Origin: Gemmatimonadota bacterium
Lineage (GTDB): Bacteria; Gemmatimonadota; Gemmatimonadetes; Gemmatimonadales; Gemmatimonadaceae
Direction of reading: 5' to 3'
Assembly: GCA_040389905.1 (NCBI GenBank)
Contig: JAZJZK010000062.1
Coordinates: forward strand, 1-26,825
Length of the DNA stretch: 26,825 nt
Below the pieces are notes generated by a model, which worked only from the letters and a program-made list of their open reading frames with translations, did not search any database and was not told the origin of the DNA. Of the stretch, positions 8,646 through 17,625 are shown piece after piece (the stretch's first letter is position 1; each line of letters opens with the position of its first letter). The translations under genes were made by a program, and so were the position numbers.

Positions 8646-8682
8646 AAAACGAACGCGCCGGTCAGCGAAAGCCGACCGGCGC
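8646..8682 (-). terminator. Intrinsic terminator for rpsT
   Basis: Minus strand GCGCCGGTCGGC-TTTC-GCTGACCGGCGC followed by GTTCGTTTT. Confidence 0.75.
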
Positions 8683-8706
8683 ATCATGTCACGAGGAGAC
8701 CAAGAA

Positions 8707-8946
8707 TCAGGCGGTCGCAGCCTTTGCCATCTTGCTCTTCTGGCGGGCAGCGAGGTTCTTGTGGACCAGCCCCTTGCGGGCGGCGCGATCGAGCAAGCTC
8801 ACGGCTGCGGTCTTCTCTTCAGCGGTGGCCGTGGGGGCCTTGGCCTTCTTGAGCGCAGTGCGAAGAGCGGAGCGCTGCGCACGATTGCGAATCGTCGCGG
8901 CGCGCGACTTCCGCATGTTCTTCTTCGCGGATGCGATATTCGGCAC
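8707..8946 (-). CDS. rpsT: 30S ribosomal protein S20 (79 aa)
   Basis: PNIASAKK...RNRAQRSALRTALKK...LDRAARKGLVHKNLAARQKSK; GTG start with GGAG 7 nt upstream. Confidence 0.96.
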   Translation of the reverse strand: MPNIASAKKNMRKSRAATIRNRAQRSALRTALKKAKAPTATAEEKTAAVSLLDRAARKGLVHKNLAARQKSKMAKAATA

Positions 8947-8995
8947 GAAATATCTCCAAAAATTCAGTATTGGTCGCGATTGTCGCGAGCTTGAG

Positions 8996-9024
8996 AAGAT
9001 ACCCGCACAGATGGGCGAAGTCAA
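8996..9024 (-). promoter_or_regulatory. Sigma70-type promoter for rpsT
   Basis: Minus strand TTGACT-N17-TATCTT. Confidence 0.75.
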
Positions 9025-9057
9025 GCAGCGACAGCACGTTGCAGCAAGCCCCTACGC

Positions 9058-9086
9058 TTTACTCTCCACTGCGGCCCCACTACCTT
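9058..9086 (+). promoter_or_regulatory. Putative sigma70-type promoter for the site-2 protease-scpAB-rluB operon
   Basis: TTTACT-N17-TACCTT, divergent from the rpsT promoter; followed by a GCACCCC/GGGGTGC hairpin. Confidence 0.5.
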
Positions 9087-9146
9087 ACGCCCTTCAAGCA
9101 CCCCGAACCTCACCGCGTGGGGTGCCCGACGTCCTCGTCCACCCCG

Positions 9147-9851
9147 TTGCATACTTTCCAGACATTCCTGCTCGTCGTACCCATTCTGCTCTTCTCGGTC
9201 ATCGCTCACGAGATTGCACACGGATACGCCGCCCTGAAGCAGGGTGACCGGACGGCCCTCGAGGCCGGCCGCCTCAGCTGGAACCCGATTCGGCACATCG
9301 ATCCCTTTTTCACGATCCTGCTGCCGCTGCTCATGTTCTCCGGCTCGTCCGCGTTCGGCCGCTCGGTCATTTTCGGCGGCGCGAAGCCCGTGCCCGTTGA
9401 CCCGCGCAACTACCGCAACATCCGCCGTGGGGACATCATCGTCTCCCTCGCCGGTGTGTTCGTGAACCTGATCATCGCCCTCCTTTGTACGGCGATCATC
9501 CCGGTCATTGGCATCATTACTCGCTCGGTCCCGGCAATCACGTCGTCTATGGTCATCCTGCAGGCGATGCTCGTGTACGGCATCCTGATGAACCTCGGCC
9601 TCATCGCGTTCAACCTCCTGCCGATTCCCCCGCTCGACGGGTCGCACGTGATGAAGTACCTGCTGCCACGACCGCTCGCGATCAAGTACGTGCAATTCGG
9701 CAAGTATGGTATTCTCGTGCTGTTCGCCCTCCTCTTCATGCGCTCGCCGGTGCTCGACTACTGGTTCCGTCCGGCGACGTTTGTCTCCGAGAAGCTGCTC
9801 GACATCGTCACACCGTACGTCCTCGTCGGCGTGGAGGCGTGGTTCAAATGA
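9147..9851 (+). CDS. Site-2 protease family (M50) intramembrane zinc metalloprotease
   Basis: HEIAH and NLLPIPPLDG motifs, AKPVPVDP, several TM segments; TTG 9147 start inferred. Confidence 0.93.
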   Translation: MHTFQTFLLVVPILLFSVIAHEIAHGYAALKQGDRTALEAGRLSWNPIRHIDPFFTILLPLLMFSGSSAFGRSVIFGGAKPVPVDPRNYRNIRRGDIIVSLAGVFVNLIIALLCTAIIPVIGIITRSVPAITSSMVILQAMLVYGILMNLGLIAFNLLPIPPLDGSHVMKYLLPRPLAIKYVQFGKYGILVLFALLFMRSPVLDYWFRPATFVSEKLLDIVTPYVLVGVEAWFK

Positions 9852-10597
9852 TCGCGGAGAGCGGAACGATCCTCGACTCCCTGGCGCCCGCGCCGACCTT
9901 TGTCGTCGAGCTCACGGAGTTCTCAGGACCGCTCGACCTGCTCCTGACGCTGATTCGCGAAGAGCAGATCGACATCTACGACATTCCCATCGCCCGGATC
10001 GCCGAACAGTTCCTGCTGCGCATTCGCACACTCCAGCTCAATGAAGCGGCGGACTACCTCGAGATGGCAGCACGGCTCCTGCGCATCAAGGCGCAGATGC
10101 TGCTGCCGCGCGGGGACGGTGGCGAGCAGTGGGACGATCCGCGCGCCGAACTTGTCCGCCGATTGCTCGAGTATCAGCAGATGCGCGAGGTGGTCGATGT
10201 GTTGGAGCGCGCCGGTGAAGAACGCCGCAGCCGCTTTGCCCGCGCCTACATCCCCCTCGCGGCTGCGCCGCCGGAGGCACCGCTCGCCCTGTCGTTGAGC
10301 GAGTTGCTCGCCGCCGTGGACCGCATTCTCCGGACGACGCGAGACCCGTCCGTACACGACGTCATCTCGCGCGCGGTCGACGTACCCGGCGCAATCACCG
10401 TCATTCGCGCGCTGCTCGCCATTCGATCCCGCGCGCTCTGGACCGACCTCGTCGCACGCGAGGCCGAACCGTGGCAAGTCCTGTCCACTCTCCTCGGCAT
10501 CCTCGAGATGGCCAAGCTCGGAGAGTGCCGAGTTCAACAGCCGAGACCTTTTGCAAATGTGGAGATAACGAGTGACGCCGCTAGCGAAGCTGCTTGA
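9848..10597 (+). CDS. scpA: Segregation/condensation protein A (SMC kleisin)
   Basis: FSGPLDLLLTLI...IDIYDIPI...IKAQMLLP...DPRAELVRRLLEY; ATGA overlap. Confidence 0.94.
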   Translation: MIAESGTILDSLAPAPTFVVELTEFSGPLDLLLTLIREEQIDIYDIPIARIAEQFLLRIRTLQLNEAADYLEMAARLLRIKAQMLLPRGDGGEQWDDPRAELVRRLLEYQQMREVVDVLERAGEERRSRFARAYIPLAAAPPEAPLALSLSELLAAVDRILRTTRDPSVHDVISRAVDVPGAITVIRALLAIRSRALWTDLVAREAEPWQVLSTLLGILEMAKLGECRVQQPRPFANVEITSDAASEAA

Positions 10598-11114
10598 AGC
10601 AGCGCTGTTCGCCAGCGCACGCCCCATCCCGACCGAGGAGCTTGCGGCGCTGGACCCCGAGTCGTCGAAAGCGGCAATCGCCGCAGCGCTCGACGAGGTC
10701 CGCGAGCACTACGACGTCGACGGTCATGGTGTCGAGCTCATCGAGATTGGTGGCGGGTGGCAGATTCTCACACGCGCCGAGTATACCGAGGCGATCGAGC
10801 GAGCGCAGCTCGCCTCTCGGCCGGCCCGTCTGAGCGCCGCCGCACTGGAGACGCTCGCGCTCATTGCCTACCGGCAGCCGATCGGCCGTGCAGAAATCGA
10901 GGAGATTCGCGGTGTCTCCGTGGGGAGCGTGCTGAAGTCGCTGCACGAGCGCGGGTTGATCGATGTCGTTGGCCGGGGTGACGGAATGGGCCGTCCATTG
11001 CATTACGGTACCACGCCGATCTTTCTGGAATACTTCGCCCTGCGTCATCTCGAAGAGCTCCCACGCTCCGACGAGCTGGCCGTCGCCCTACGCGCCGAAC
11101 CGCGCGCTCTCTGA
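10572..11114 (+). CDS. scpB: SMC-Scp complex subunit ScpB
   Basis: LEAALF, LSAAALETLALIAYRQPI.RAEIEEIRGV, GRPLHYGTT..FL..F.L..L.ELP. Confidence 0.95.
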   Translation: MTPLAKLLEAALFASARPIPTEELAALDPESSKAAIAAALDEVREHYDVDGHGVELIEIGGGWQILTRAEYTEAIERAQLASRPARLSAAALETLALIAYRQPIGRAEIEEIRGVSVGSVLKSLHERGLIDVVGRGDGMGRPLHYGTTPIFLEYFALRHLEELPRSDELAVALRAEPRAL

Positions 11115-11824
11115 TGTCTGAAACGATGCGGATCCAGCGCGCGCTCGCGCGAGCGGGAATTCTTTCGCGGCGCAAGGCGGAAGAACTCGTCGCCAATGGG
11201 CGCGTGACCGTGAACGGAACCGTGGCGCAGATTGGCCAGACCGTGGACCCGGCGCGTGACATCATCAAGGTCGATGGTGAAAAGATCGGCGCGCCGTCGC
11301 CGCTCGAATGGTTCGTGCTGCACAAGCCGGCGGGCGTCATTACCTCGAAGCAGGATCCCGAGGGGCGCAAGACGGTGTTCGATCTGGTGCCGAAGACACC
11401 GGGCCTCACCTATGTGGGCCGGCTCGACTACCTCACGGAAGGTGTGCTGTTGATGACGACGGACGGCGCCGCCGCGCACCGGCTCACACATCCGAGTCAC
11501 GAGATCGAACGCACCTACGTGGCGTCGGTCCTCGGCGAAGGCGACCTGGCCGCCGAGGAGGCGCGCCATGGCGTGCAGCTCGACGACGGCATCGTGCGCC
11601 CGAAACGAATTTCGGCCGAGAAGCTCGGCCGCGGGCGTTGGGAGCTGACGATCACGATTAGCGAAGGCAGGAATCGCGAGGTGCGTCGGATGTGCGAGGC
11701 GGTCGGTCTCGAAGTGGACCGTCTTGTGCGTGTGAAGTTCGGCCCTGTCGAGCTGGGCGATCTCGCGGTCGGGAAGGTGCGGTCGCTCACGAAACAGGAG
11801 CGGATGGCGCTGGAGAAGTTGTAG
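11114..11824 (+). CDS. rluB: 23S rRNA pseudouridine synthase, RsuA family (RluB-like)
   Basis: S4 domain (SRRKAEELV..GRVTVNG), HKP.G, GRLD, EGRNREVRRM; conserved position after scpB. Confidence 0.88.
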   Translation: MSETMRIQRALARAGILSRRKAEELVANGRVTVNGTVAQIGQTVDPARDIIKVDGEKIGAPSPLEWFVLHKPAGVITSKQDPEGRKTVFDLVPKTPGLTYVGRLDYLTEGVLLMTTDGAAAHRLTHPSHEIERTYVASVLGEGDLAAEEARHGVQLDDGIVRPKRISAEKLGRGRWELTITISEGRNREVRRMCEAVGLEVDRLVRVKFGPVELGDLAVGKVRSLTKQERMALEKL

Positions 11825-11860
11825 CAAACGGAGCTTCGTGGAGTCGATGGTGTAGTTGGC

Positions 11861-11976
11861 TGTCATCCCGAGCGAAGTCGAGGGATCTGCACCTGCCGCC
11901 TGGTTTTGCGTGCAGACCCCTCCCTTCCTCGCTTGCGCTCCTCGAGGGCAGGCTGCTGCGCTCGCTCGGGGTGACA
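11861..11976. repeat. TGTCA...TGACA palindromic element (family B) with an internal insertion
   Basis: Left arm TGTCATCCCGAGCGAAGTCGAGGGATCTGCAC; right arm GTGCAGACCCCTC...GCTCGGGGTGACA, shared with 13928-14026. Confidence 0.85.
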
Positions 11977-12024
11977 TGGCGGCTGTTCAGCATGACCAGG
12001 GACTAACCGTTTCACCCCGTTCAA

Positions 12025-12999
12025 ATGGCTACTCAAGCGTCGTCAACGGCGGATGCCCGCCTGATCCAGGATGTCAGCAAGCAGGTCGCCCTCCGCGTCG
12101 TCGGACAGGAGTACATGATCGACCGGCTGCTCATCAGCCTGCTGACGGGTGGCCACGTGCTGCTCGAGGGCGTGCCCGGTCTGGCCAAGACCCTGACGGT
12201 GCGAACGCTCGCCGAGACGATCTCCACCAGCTTCTCGCGCATTCAGTTCACGCCCGACCTCCTGCCGGCAGACGTTGTCGGCACGCAGATCTACGATCAG
12301 TCCACCGGCCAGTTCATGGTCAAGAAGGGGCCGATCTTCGCGAACATCATTCTCGCGGACGAGATCAATCGCGCGCCGGCAAAGGTGCAGGCCGCGTTGC
12401 TGGAAGCCATGCAGGAAAAGCAGGTCACCATCGGTGGGACGACGTACAAGCTCGAGGAACCGTTTCTCGTGCTGGCGACGCAGAACCCCATCGAGCAGGA
12501 GGGAACGTACCCGCTCCCCGAGGCGCAGGTCGATCGCTTCATGCTCAAGCTTCGCGTCGGCTATCCAACGCGTGACGAGGAGAAGGAGATCATGCGCCGC
12601 ATGGCGAGCGGCCACGCCATCGATGTGCGCCACGTCGCGACGCCGGAGGCGATTCTCGAAGCACGCGGCCGCATCGCGGATCTCTACATGGACGACCGCA
12701 TCGTGGACTACATCGTCGACATCGTGCACGCCACGCGCGAGCCCGAGGCCGCGGGGCTCAAGGACCTCAAGCCGCTGATTGAATTCGGCGCGAGCCCGCG
12801 CGCGACCATTGCATTGGCGCAGGCGTCACGCGCGCACGCGTTCCTCCGTGGCCGTGCCTTCGTGACGCCCGACGACGTGAAGGCCATCGCGCCCGACGTG
12901 CTCCGCCACCGCGTCCTCACCACATTCGAGGCCGAGGCGGAAGAGGTGACGAGCGACATGATCGTCACGCGCGTCCTCGCGAAAGTCGACAGCCCGTGA
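12025..12999 (+). CDS. moxR: MoxR family AAA+ ATPase
   Basis: Walker A GVPGLAKT, RIQFTPDLLPAD, Walker B LADEINRA, ATQNPIEQEGTYPLPEAQVDRF. Confidence 0.96.
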   Translation: MATQASSTADARLIQDVSKQVALRVVGQEYMIDRLLISLLTGGHVLLEGVPGLAKTLTVRTLAETISTSFSRIQFTPDLLPADVVGTQIYDQSTGQFMVKKGPIFANIILADEINRAPAKVQAALLEAMQEKQVTIGGTTYKLEEPFLVLATQNPIEQEGTYPLPEAQVDRFMLKLRVGYPTRDEEKEIMRRMASGHAIDVRHVATPEAILEARGRIADLYMDDRIVDYIVDIVHATREPEAAGLKDLKPLIEFGASPRATIALAQASRAHAFLRGRAFVTPDDVKAIAPDVLRHRVLTTFEAEAEEVTSDMIVTRVLAKVDSP

Positions 13000-13889
13000 G
13001 CACCGGCGTACCTCCGGAAATCCTGCGGCAGGTCAAGCTGCTGGAGCTTCGGACGCGCGGCCTGGTCAACTCCCTCTTCACTGGCGAATACCGATCGGTA
13101 TTCAAGGGGCAGGGGATGGAGTTCGCTGAGGTGCGCGAGTACCAACCGGGGGACGAGGTGCGCAGCATCGATTGGAACGTGACGGCGCGGATGGGAAAGC
13201 CGTTCGTGAAGCGGTACGTCGAGGAGCGCGAGCTGACGGTGATGCTTGCGGTGGACCTCTCGGGGTCGGAGCGATTCGGCACGCGGACACGGTTCAAGAG
13301 CGAGCTGGCGAGCGAGTTGGCGGCGGTGCTCGCGATGTCTGCAATCCGTAACAACGATCGCGTTGGTGCCGTGCTGTTCACCGATCGGATCGAGCACGTT
13401 GTTCCGCCGCGGAAAGGGCGTCGTCACGCGCTCAGGCTAATGCGCGACTTGCTCGTGTTTGCGCCGGAAGGCAAGGGAACGGATCTCGCCGGCGCGCTCG
13501 AGTACACGGGAAAGATGCTGGCGCACAAGGCCATCATCTTCGTCGTCTCGGATTTTCAGGCGCCAGACCTCGAGCAGCCGCTCAAGCTGCTGGCGCAGCG
13601 GCACGATGTCGTCGCGGTCACGGTGGACGACCCGAGCGAGGCCGAGCTGCCGGACATTGGGTTGGCGCGATTCGTCGACCCGGAAACCGGGATGACACTC
13701 GACATCGACACCAGCAACGCAGGTGTACGCGAGCAGTTCACCGCCGCTGTGGCCAACGAGCTCTCTGCGCGCCGTCACTTGCTGCGCCGACTCGCAATCG
13801 ATGAGGTGCCGTTGCACACCGACGGTGGCGTCGTCGATCCGCTGATCAAGTTCTTCCGATCGCGCGAGACGCGCAGCAGGCGGCGATGA
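12996..13889 (+). CDS. DUF58 family protein (MoxR-associated)
   Basis: GEYRSVFKGQGMEFAEVREYQPGDEVRSIDWNVTAR, DLSGS, VVSDF. Confidence 0.93.
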   Translation: MSTGVPPEILRQVKLLELRTRGLVNSLFTGEYRSVFKGQGMEFAEVREYQPGDEVRSIDWNVTARMGKPFVKRYVEERELTVMLAVDLSGSERFGTRTRFKSELASELAAVLAMSAIRNNDRVGAVLFTDRIEHVVPPRKGRRHALRLMRDLLVFAPEGKGTDLAGALEYTGKMLAHKAIIFVVSDFQAPDLEQPLKLLAQRHDVVAVTVDDPSEAELPDIGLARFVDPETGMTLDIDTSNAGVREQFTAAVANELSARRHLLRRLAIDEVPLHTDGGVVDPLIKFFRSRETRSRRR

Positions 13890-14950
13890 TTCCGAACCCG
13901 GAATTGTGTGATCGCGAGCAGACCCAATGTCACCCCGAGCGAGCAACGCGAGTCGAGGGGGCTGTACGTCACTCCAGCGGGCCAAGGTGCAGACCCCTCG
14001 ACGCGCTTCGCTTGCTCGGGGTGACATGCATGCTGGTCGTTGCACGTGTTCACGCGACAGGCGCGCAGACGCCGACCATCCCCGTCCAGGCCGGCACCGC
14101 GATCGAGCGCGACACCGTCACCATCGGCGACGTGGTGCGACTCACCATTCGCGTCCACGCGCCACTCGGCGCATCGATCAACTTCCCCGCGGCCGTCGAT
14201 TCGCTCGGCCCGGTGCAGTCGCTCGAACCGCCCACGGTTCGCAATGGCTCCGACTCCGCCTCGGCCGCGGATCGCGTGGCAACCTATCGCGTCGCCGCAT
14301 GGGACGTTGGCAACCAGCAGATCAAGCTGGGCGAGGTCCTCATCCAGACGGACGACGGCGACCGGCGGATCTCGCTGGACTTGCCGACCGTGTTCGTGAA
14401 AAGTGTATTGCCGGCTGACACGGCTTTACGCATTCCAAAGCCGGCGCGGCCACTTCTCGAGGTGAAAGCGCCAGTGCCGTGGTGGTATTGGCTCGTCGCC
14501 GCGATCGCTGCTCTTGTCATTGGGCTCGTCGCCTGGTGGTGGGCGAGGAAACGTCGACAGGATGCGAGACATACTGGTGACGCGTTCGCCGACGCCAACG
14601 CCGGTTTTGCACGCATCGAGAAGCTCAAGCTCGTCGAGTCTGGTGAGCCCGGTCGCTACGTCGCGCTGATGACGGATGTCGTCCGTCGGTACCTGAGCGA
14701 GCGCATCGAGTCGGCGTCGCTGGCGCAAACGAGCGGCGAGCTGCTTGCCGAACTGCGCGGCGCGAGAACGGTCTCGTTCGCAAACCTCCAACAACTCCTG
14801 GAGGTTGCCGACGCGGTCAAGTTCGCCGCGGCGCCCATCGGCGCCGCTCACGCGAAAGAGGTTGGCGAACAGGCAAAGGGAATCGTGCAGGAAGAGCACG
14901 AGCGAGCTCGCGCACTGGCCGAATCGGCCGCTGAGGAGCGTGCAGCATGA
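13886..14950 (+). CDS. Membrane-anchored protein of the Bat-type operon (beta-rich N-domain, single TM)
   Basis: DTVTIGD beta-rich domain, TM PWWYWLVAAIAALVIGLVAWWW, C-terminal QTSGEL/ADAVKFA; ATGA coupling at both ends; the N-terminus contains a family-B repeat. Confidence 0.85.
   Translation: MIPNPELCDREQTQCHPERATRVEGAVRHSSGPRCRPLDALRLLGVTCMLVVARVHATGAQTPTIPVQAGTAIERDTVTIGDVVRLTIRVHAPLGASINFPAAVDSLGPVQSLEPPTVRNGSDSASAADRVATYRVAAWDVGNQQIKLGEVLIQTDDGDRRISLDLPTVFVKSVLPADTALRIPKPARPLLEVKAPVPWWYWLVAAIAALVIGLVAWWWARKRRQDARHTGDAFADANAGFARIEKLKLVESGEPGRYVALMTDVVRRYLSERIESASLAQTSGELLAELRGARTVSFANLQQLLEVADAVKFAAAPIGAAHAKEVGEQAKGIVQEEHERARALAESAAEERAA
13928..14026. repeat. TGTCA...TGACA palindromic element (family B), 99 bp, in frame within a CDS
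   Basis: TGTCACCCCGAGCGAGC...GTCGAGGGGGCTGTAC / GTGCAGACCCCTCGAC...GCTTGCTCGGGGTGACA. Confidence 0.9.
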
Positions 14951-15939
14951 TGGATTTCGGAGCGCTGCAGTTCGCGTCGCCGTGGTGGCTACTCCTGCTC
15001 TTACTTCTGCCAACCTGGTGGCTCATTGCCCGCCGGCGGCGGCCGGCGGCCATCGTGTACTCGCGCGTGGCTACGCTCGCGAAGGGGCCGCGCGCGGGCA
15101 GGGGGCTCGCTCGCGCGCTCATGTTGCTCAGGAATCTCGCGCTCGCCAGTGGGATCGTCGCGCTCGCACGGCCTCGCTCCGGCGCGCATGCCGAGACAAA
15201 GACGAGCGAAGGTATCAATATCGTGGTGGCGTTCGATATCTCGAGCTCGATGCTCGCACTCGACTTCCAACCACAGAACCGCCTCGAGGTCGCGAGGACA
15301 AAGATCAAACAGTTCGTCGCCGCGCGAAACTCGGATCGCATCGGGATCGTGGCTTTTTCCGGAGAGGCGCTGACGCAGGTGCCGCTCACCACGGACTACC
15401 CGGTGGTGCAGGCGGCGCTGGACAACCTGCAGCCCGGCCAGCTCGAGGATGGAACAGCCATCGGTACGGCGATCGCGACCGCCGCGAACCGGCTAAAGGA
15501 TGCGCCTGGCCGCTCGCGCGTACTCATTCTGCTCACGGACGGCGTCAACAACCGCGGATCAATCGATCCTCGCACGGCAGCGAAGGCCGCGTCGGCGTTC
15601 GGCATCAAGATTTATGGTATCGGCGTCGGCACCGAAGGCATGGCGCCCGTCCCAGTGGGGCGAGGACTGTTCGGCCTCCGCTACGAGATGCAGCGGGTGG
15701 AGATCGATGACGCGCTCCTGACCGACGTTGCGGCGGCGACCGGTGGGCGATACTTCCGGGCGCGCGACCCGGCCGCGCTTCAGCGCATCACGGAGCAGAT
15801 CGACGCGCTCGAACGCACGCCGGTTCGGAGCCGCACCTACGTGCGGTACGCCGAGCTTTTTCGCTGGCCGCTGACCATCATGCTGGTTGCGATCGGCGCA
15901 GAGCTACTCCTCGTCGCCTGGAAGGGACCCCTTCCATGA
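14947..15939 (+). CDS. batA: vWA domain membrane protein, BatA-like
   Basis: N-terminal F.SPWWL TM, LARP, MIDAS DISSS, TAIG, LLTDG, TGGRYFRA. Confidence 0.88.
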   Translation: MMDFGALQFASPWWLLLLLLLPTWWLIARRRRPAAIVYSRVATLAKGPRAGRGLARALMLLRNLALASGIVALARPRSGAHAETKTSEGINIVVAFDISSSMLALDFQPQNRLEVARTKIKQFVAARNSDRIGIVAFSGEALTQVPLTTDYPVVQAALDNLQPGQLEDGTAIGTAIATAANRLKDAPGRSRVLILLTDGVNNRGSIDPRTAAKAASAFGIKIYGIGVGTEGMAPVPVGRGLFGLRYEMQRVEIDDALLTDVAAATGGRYFRARDPAALQRITEQIDALERTPVRSRTYVRYAELFRWPLTIMLVAIGAELLLVAWKGPLP

Positions 15940-17618
15940 TGATGCTCGAGTACGTGGACCTTCCGTGGCTGCTGCCGCTCATCATCGTTCTGCCCGTCCT
16001 GTTTGCGTTTCTGCTGAGGCGAGCACGCGCCAGCCGTACCAAACGCCTTGCGCGCTTCGGAGCGCTGGACGTCGTTCGTCGGCTGCTCCCTCCGTCGGCG
16101 CTCGCGGGAAGCGGGTGGCGCGCCGCCAGGCTTGGACTCGCTGCGGCCTTTGCCGGATTGGCGATCGCGGGACCGCGTTGGGGCCAGGAGCAGACCGTCG
16201 TGCGCTCGAGTGGTGTTGACCTCGTGCTCGCGGTCGACGCATCTCTCTCAATGATGGCAGGCGATGAGAAGCCGAACCGACTCGAGCGTGTGAAGCAGGA
16301 AATCCGCCGGTTGCGCGCCATCAGTCCAGGAGATCGCGTTGGATTGCTCGCGTTCGCGGGCCGTTCCTACGTGCTCACGCCCATCACGGTGGACGGCGGC
16401 GCGCTCGACCTCTTTCTCGACAACCTCGACCCAGGAGTAGTCGGACAAGCGGGAAGCTCACTTGCGTCGACCATCACGCAGGGCACCAGCCTCCTTGGGC
16501 TGACCAAGAGCGGTGCCGACCGTGCGTTGGTCGTCTTCAGCGATGGGGAGGGATTCGAGCCGCAGGAAGAGCTGATCACGGCGGCGACGAAAGCCGCCGA
16601 GGCGAACATCAGCCTCGTCACTGTCGGTTTCGGAACGCCTCAGGGCGCGACGATCCCCGTGCTCAGCGCAAACGGCACCATGACCCAGAAGCGCGACGAG
16701 AACGGCGCAATTGTCGTGACGCATTATCGCCCGGAACTGCTCCAGGCCGCTGCGAACGCCGCGAAGGGCACATTCATCCCTGCTGAGGCGACCGACAAGG
16801 CGGCGCGCATCAAGTCCGCGCTTTCGCGGCTGCGCACGGGCTCACGATCAACGCAGGCGGGCGAGTCACTGACGCCGCGTTTCCAGTGGTTCCTGCTACC
16901 GGCAATTCTGCTTCTCTGGTTGGACACGATCCTCTCTGGACGGCATGGGAAGCGGAAGCGCGTCGCCGCGTCGGCGGAAACGGCAGTCGCCGCGGCGCTG
17001 TTGATGTCGGTGCTGCTCTCCAGTTGCGCGTCGTCAACCGACCCGCTCGACGCCGCGGCCGCCTACGCGGCGAAGGATTACAAGACCGCGGTGCTTCTGT
17101 TCGGTCGGGCGATTCAGAAGGGAGACAAGACGCCGGGCGCCCTCTACAACTATGGCACTTCGCTTCTCGCCGCCGATTCCATGGCGGCCGCCGCGGAGAT
17201 ACTGGAACGGGCGGCGGAGAAGGCCGATACTGAGACACAGTATCGCGCGCGCTTCAATGCGGGACTCGCACACCTGCTTCAGGGGCGCGCACTGAAGGGC
17301 GACTCGGCGTCCGCCGAGTTCAAGGCAGCGCTCGCCGCCTACAAGCGCGTATTACTCCAGCGGCCCACCGACCTCGACGCAAAATGGAACTACGAGCTGG
17401 CGCTGGAACAGCAAAAGAAGGGTGGCGGGGGAGGTGGCGGCGGACAGTCGAACGCCGATCCGTCGCCGGCCCAGCAGGAGCAGAAGCCGCAGCCGACGCT
17501 CGCACAGCGTCAGGCCGAGCAGTTGCTTGGCAGCGCGGAGCGCGAAGAGCGCGACGTGCAGAGCAAGAAACAGAAACAGAACAGGCCGGAGCCGCCGCCC
17601 GGCGGAAAGGATTGGTAG
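15936..17618 (+). CDS. vWA + TPR protein (BatB-BatC-like fusion)
   Basis: MIDAS DASLS, FAG, SDGE; then TM segments, TPR-like YNYGT/FNAG/AKWNYELAL, Gly/Gln linker and C-terminal KDW. Confidence 0.88.
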   Translation: MMMLEYVDLPWLLPLIIVLPVLFAFLLRRARASRTKRLARFGALDVVRRLLPPSALAGSGWRAARLGLAAAFAGLAIAGPRWGQEQTVVRSSGVDLVLAVDASLSMMAGDEKPNRLERVKQEIRRLRAISPGDRVGLLAFAGRSYVLTPITVDGGALDLFLDNLDPGVVGQAGSSLASTITQGTSLLGLTKSGADRALVVFSDGEGFEPQEELITAATKAAEANISLVTVGFGTPQGATIPVLSANGTMTQKRDENGAIVVTHYRPELLQAAANAAKGTFIPAEATDKAARIKSALSRLRTGSRSTQAGESLTPRFQWFLLPAILLLWLDTILSGRHGKRKRVAASAETAVAAALLMSVLLSSCASSTDPLDAAAAYAAKDYKTAVLLFGRAIQKGDKTPGALYNYGTSLLAADSMAAAAEILERAAEKADTETQYRARFNAGLAHLLQGRALKGDSASAEFKAALAAYKRVLLQRPTDLDAKWNYELALEQQKKGGGGGGGGQSNADPSPAQQEQKPQPTLAQRQAEQLLGSAEREERDVQSKKQKQNRPEPPPGGKDW

Positions 17619-17625
17619 ATCGGGC

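Noticed and set aside
11045..11977. Long antisense ORFs (this one, 5529-6407, 7727-8578, 22939-23772, 25293-26132 and others)
   Set aside because: They are shadow frames opposite well-supported genes, typical of GC3-biased genomes.
9140..12021. Shared CACCCCGTT just before the site-2 protease (9140-9148) and moxR (12013-12021) starts
   Set aside because: Two 9-mers are compatible with chance and there is no other support.
17421..17444. Gly8 tract as a contingency repeat
   Set aside because: It is encoded by mixed GGN codons, consistent with an ordinary flexible linker.
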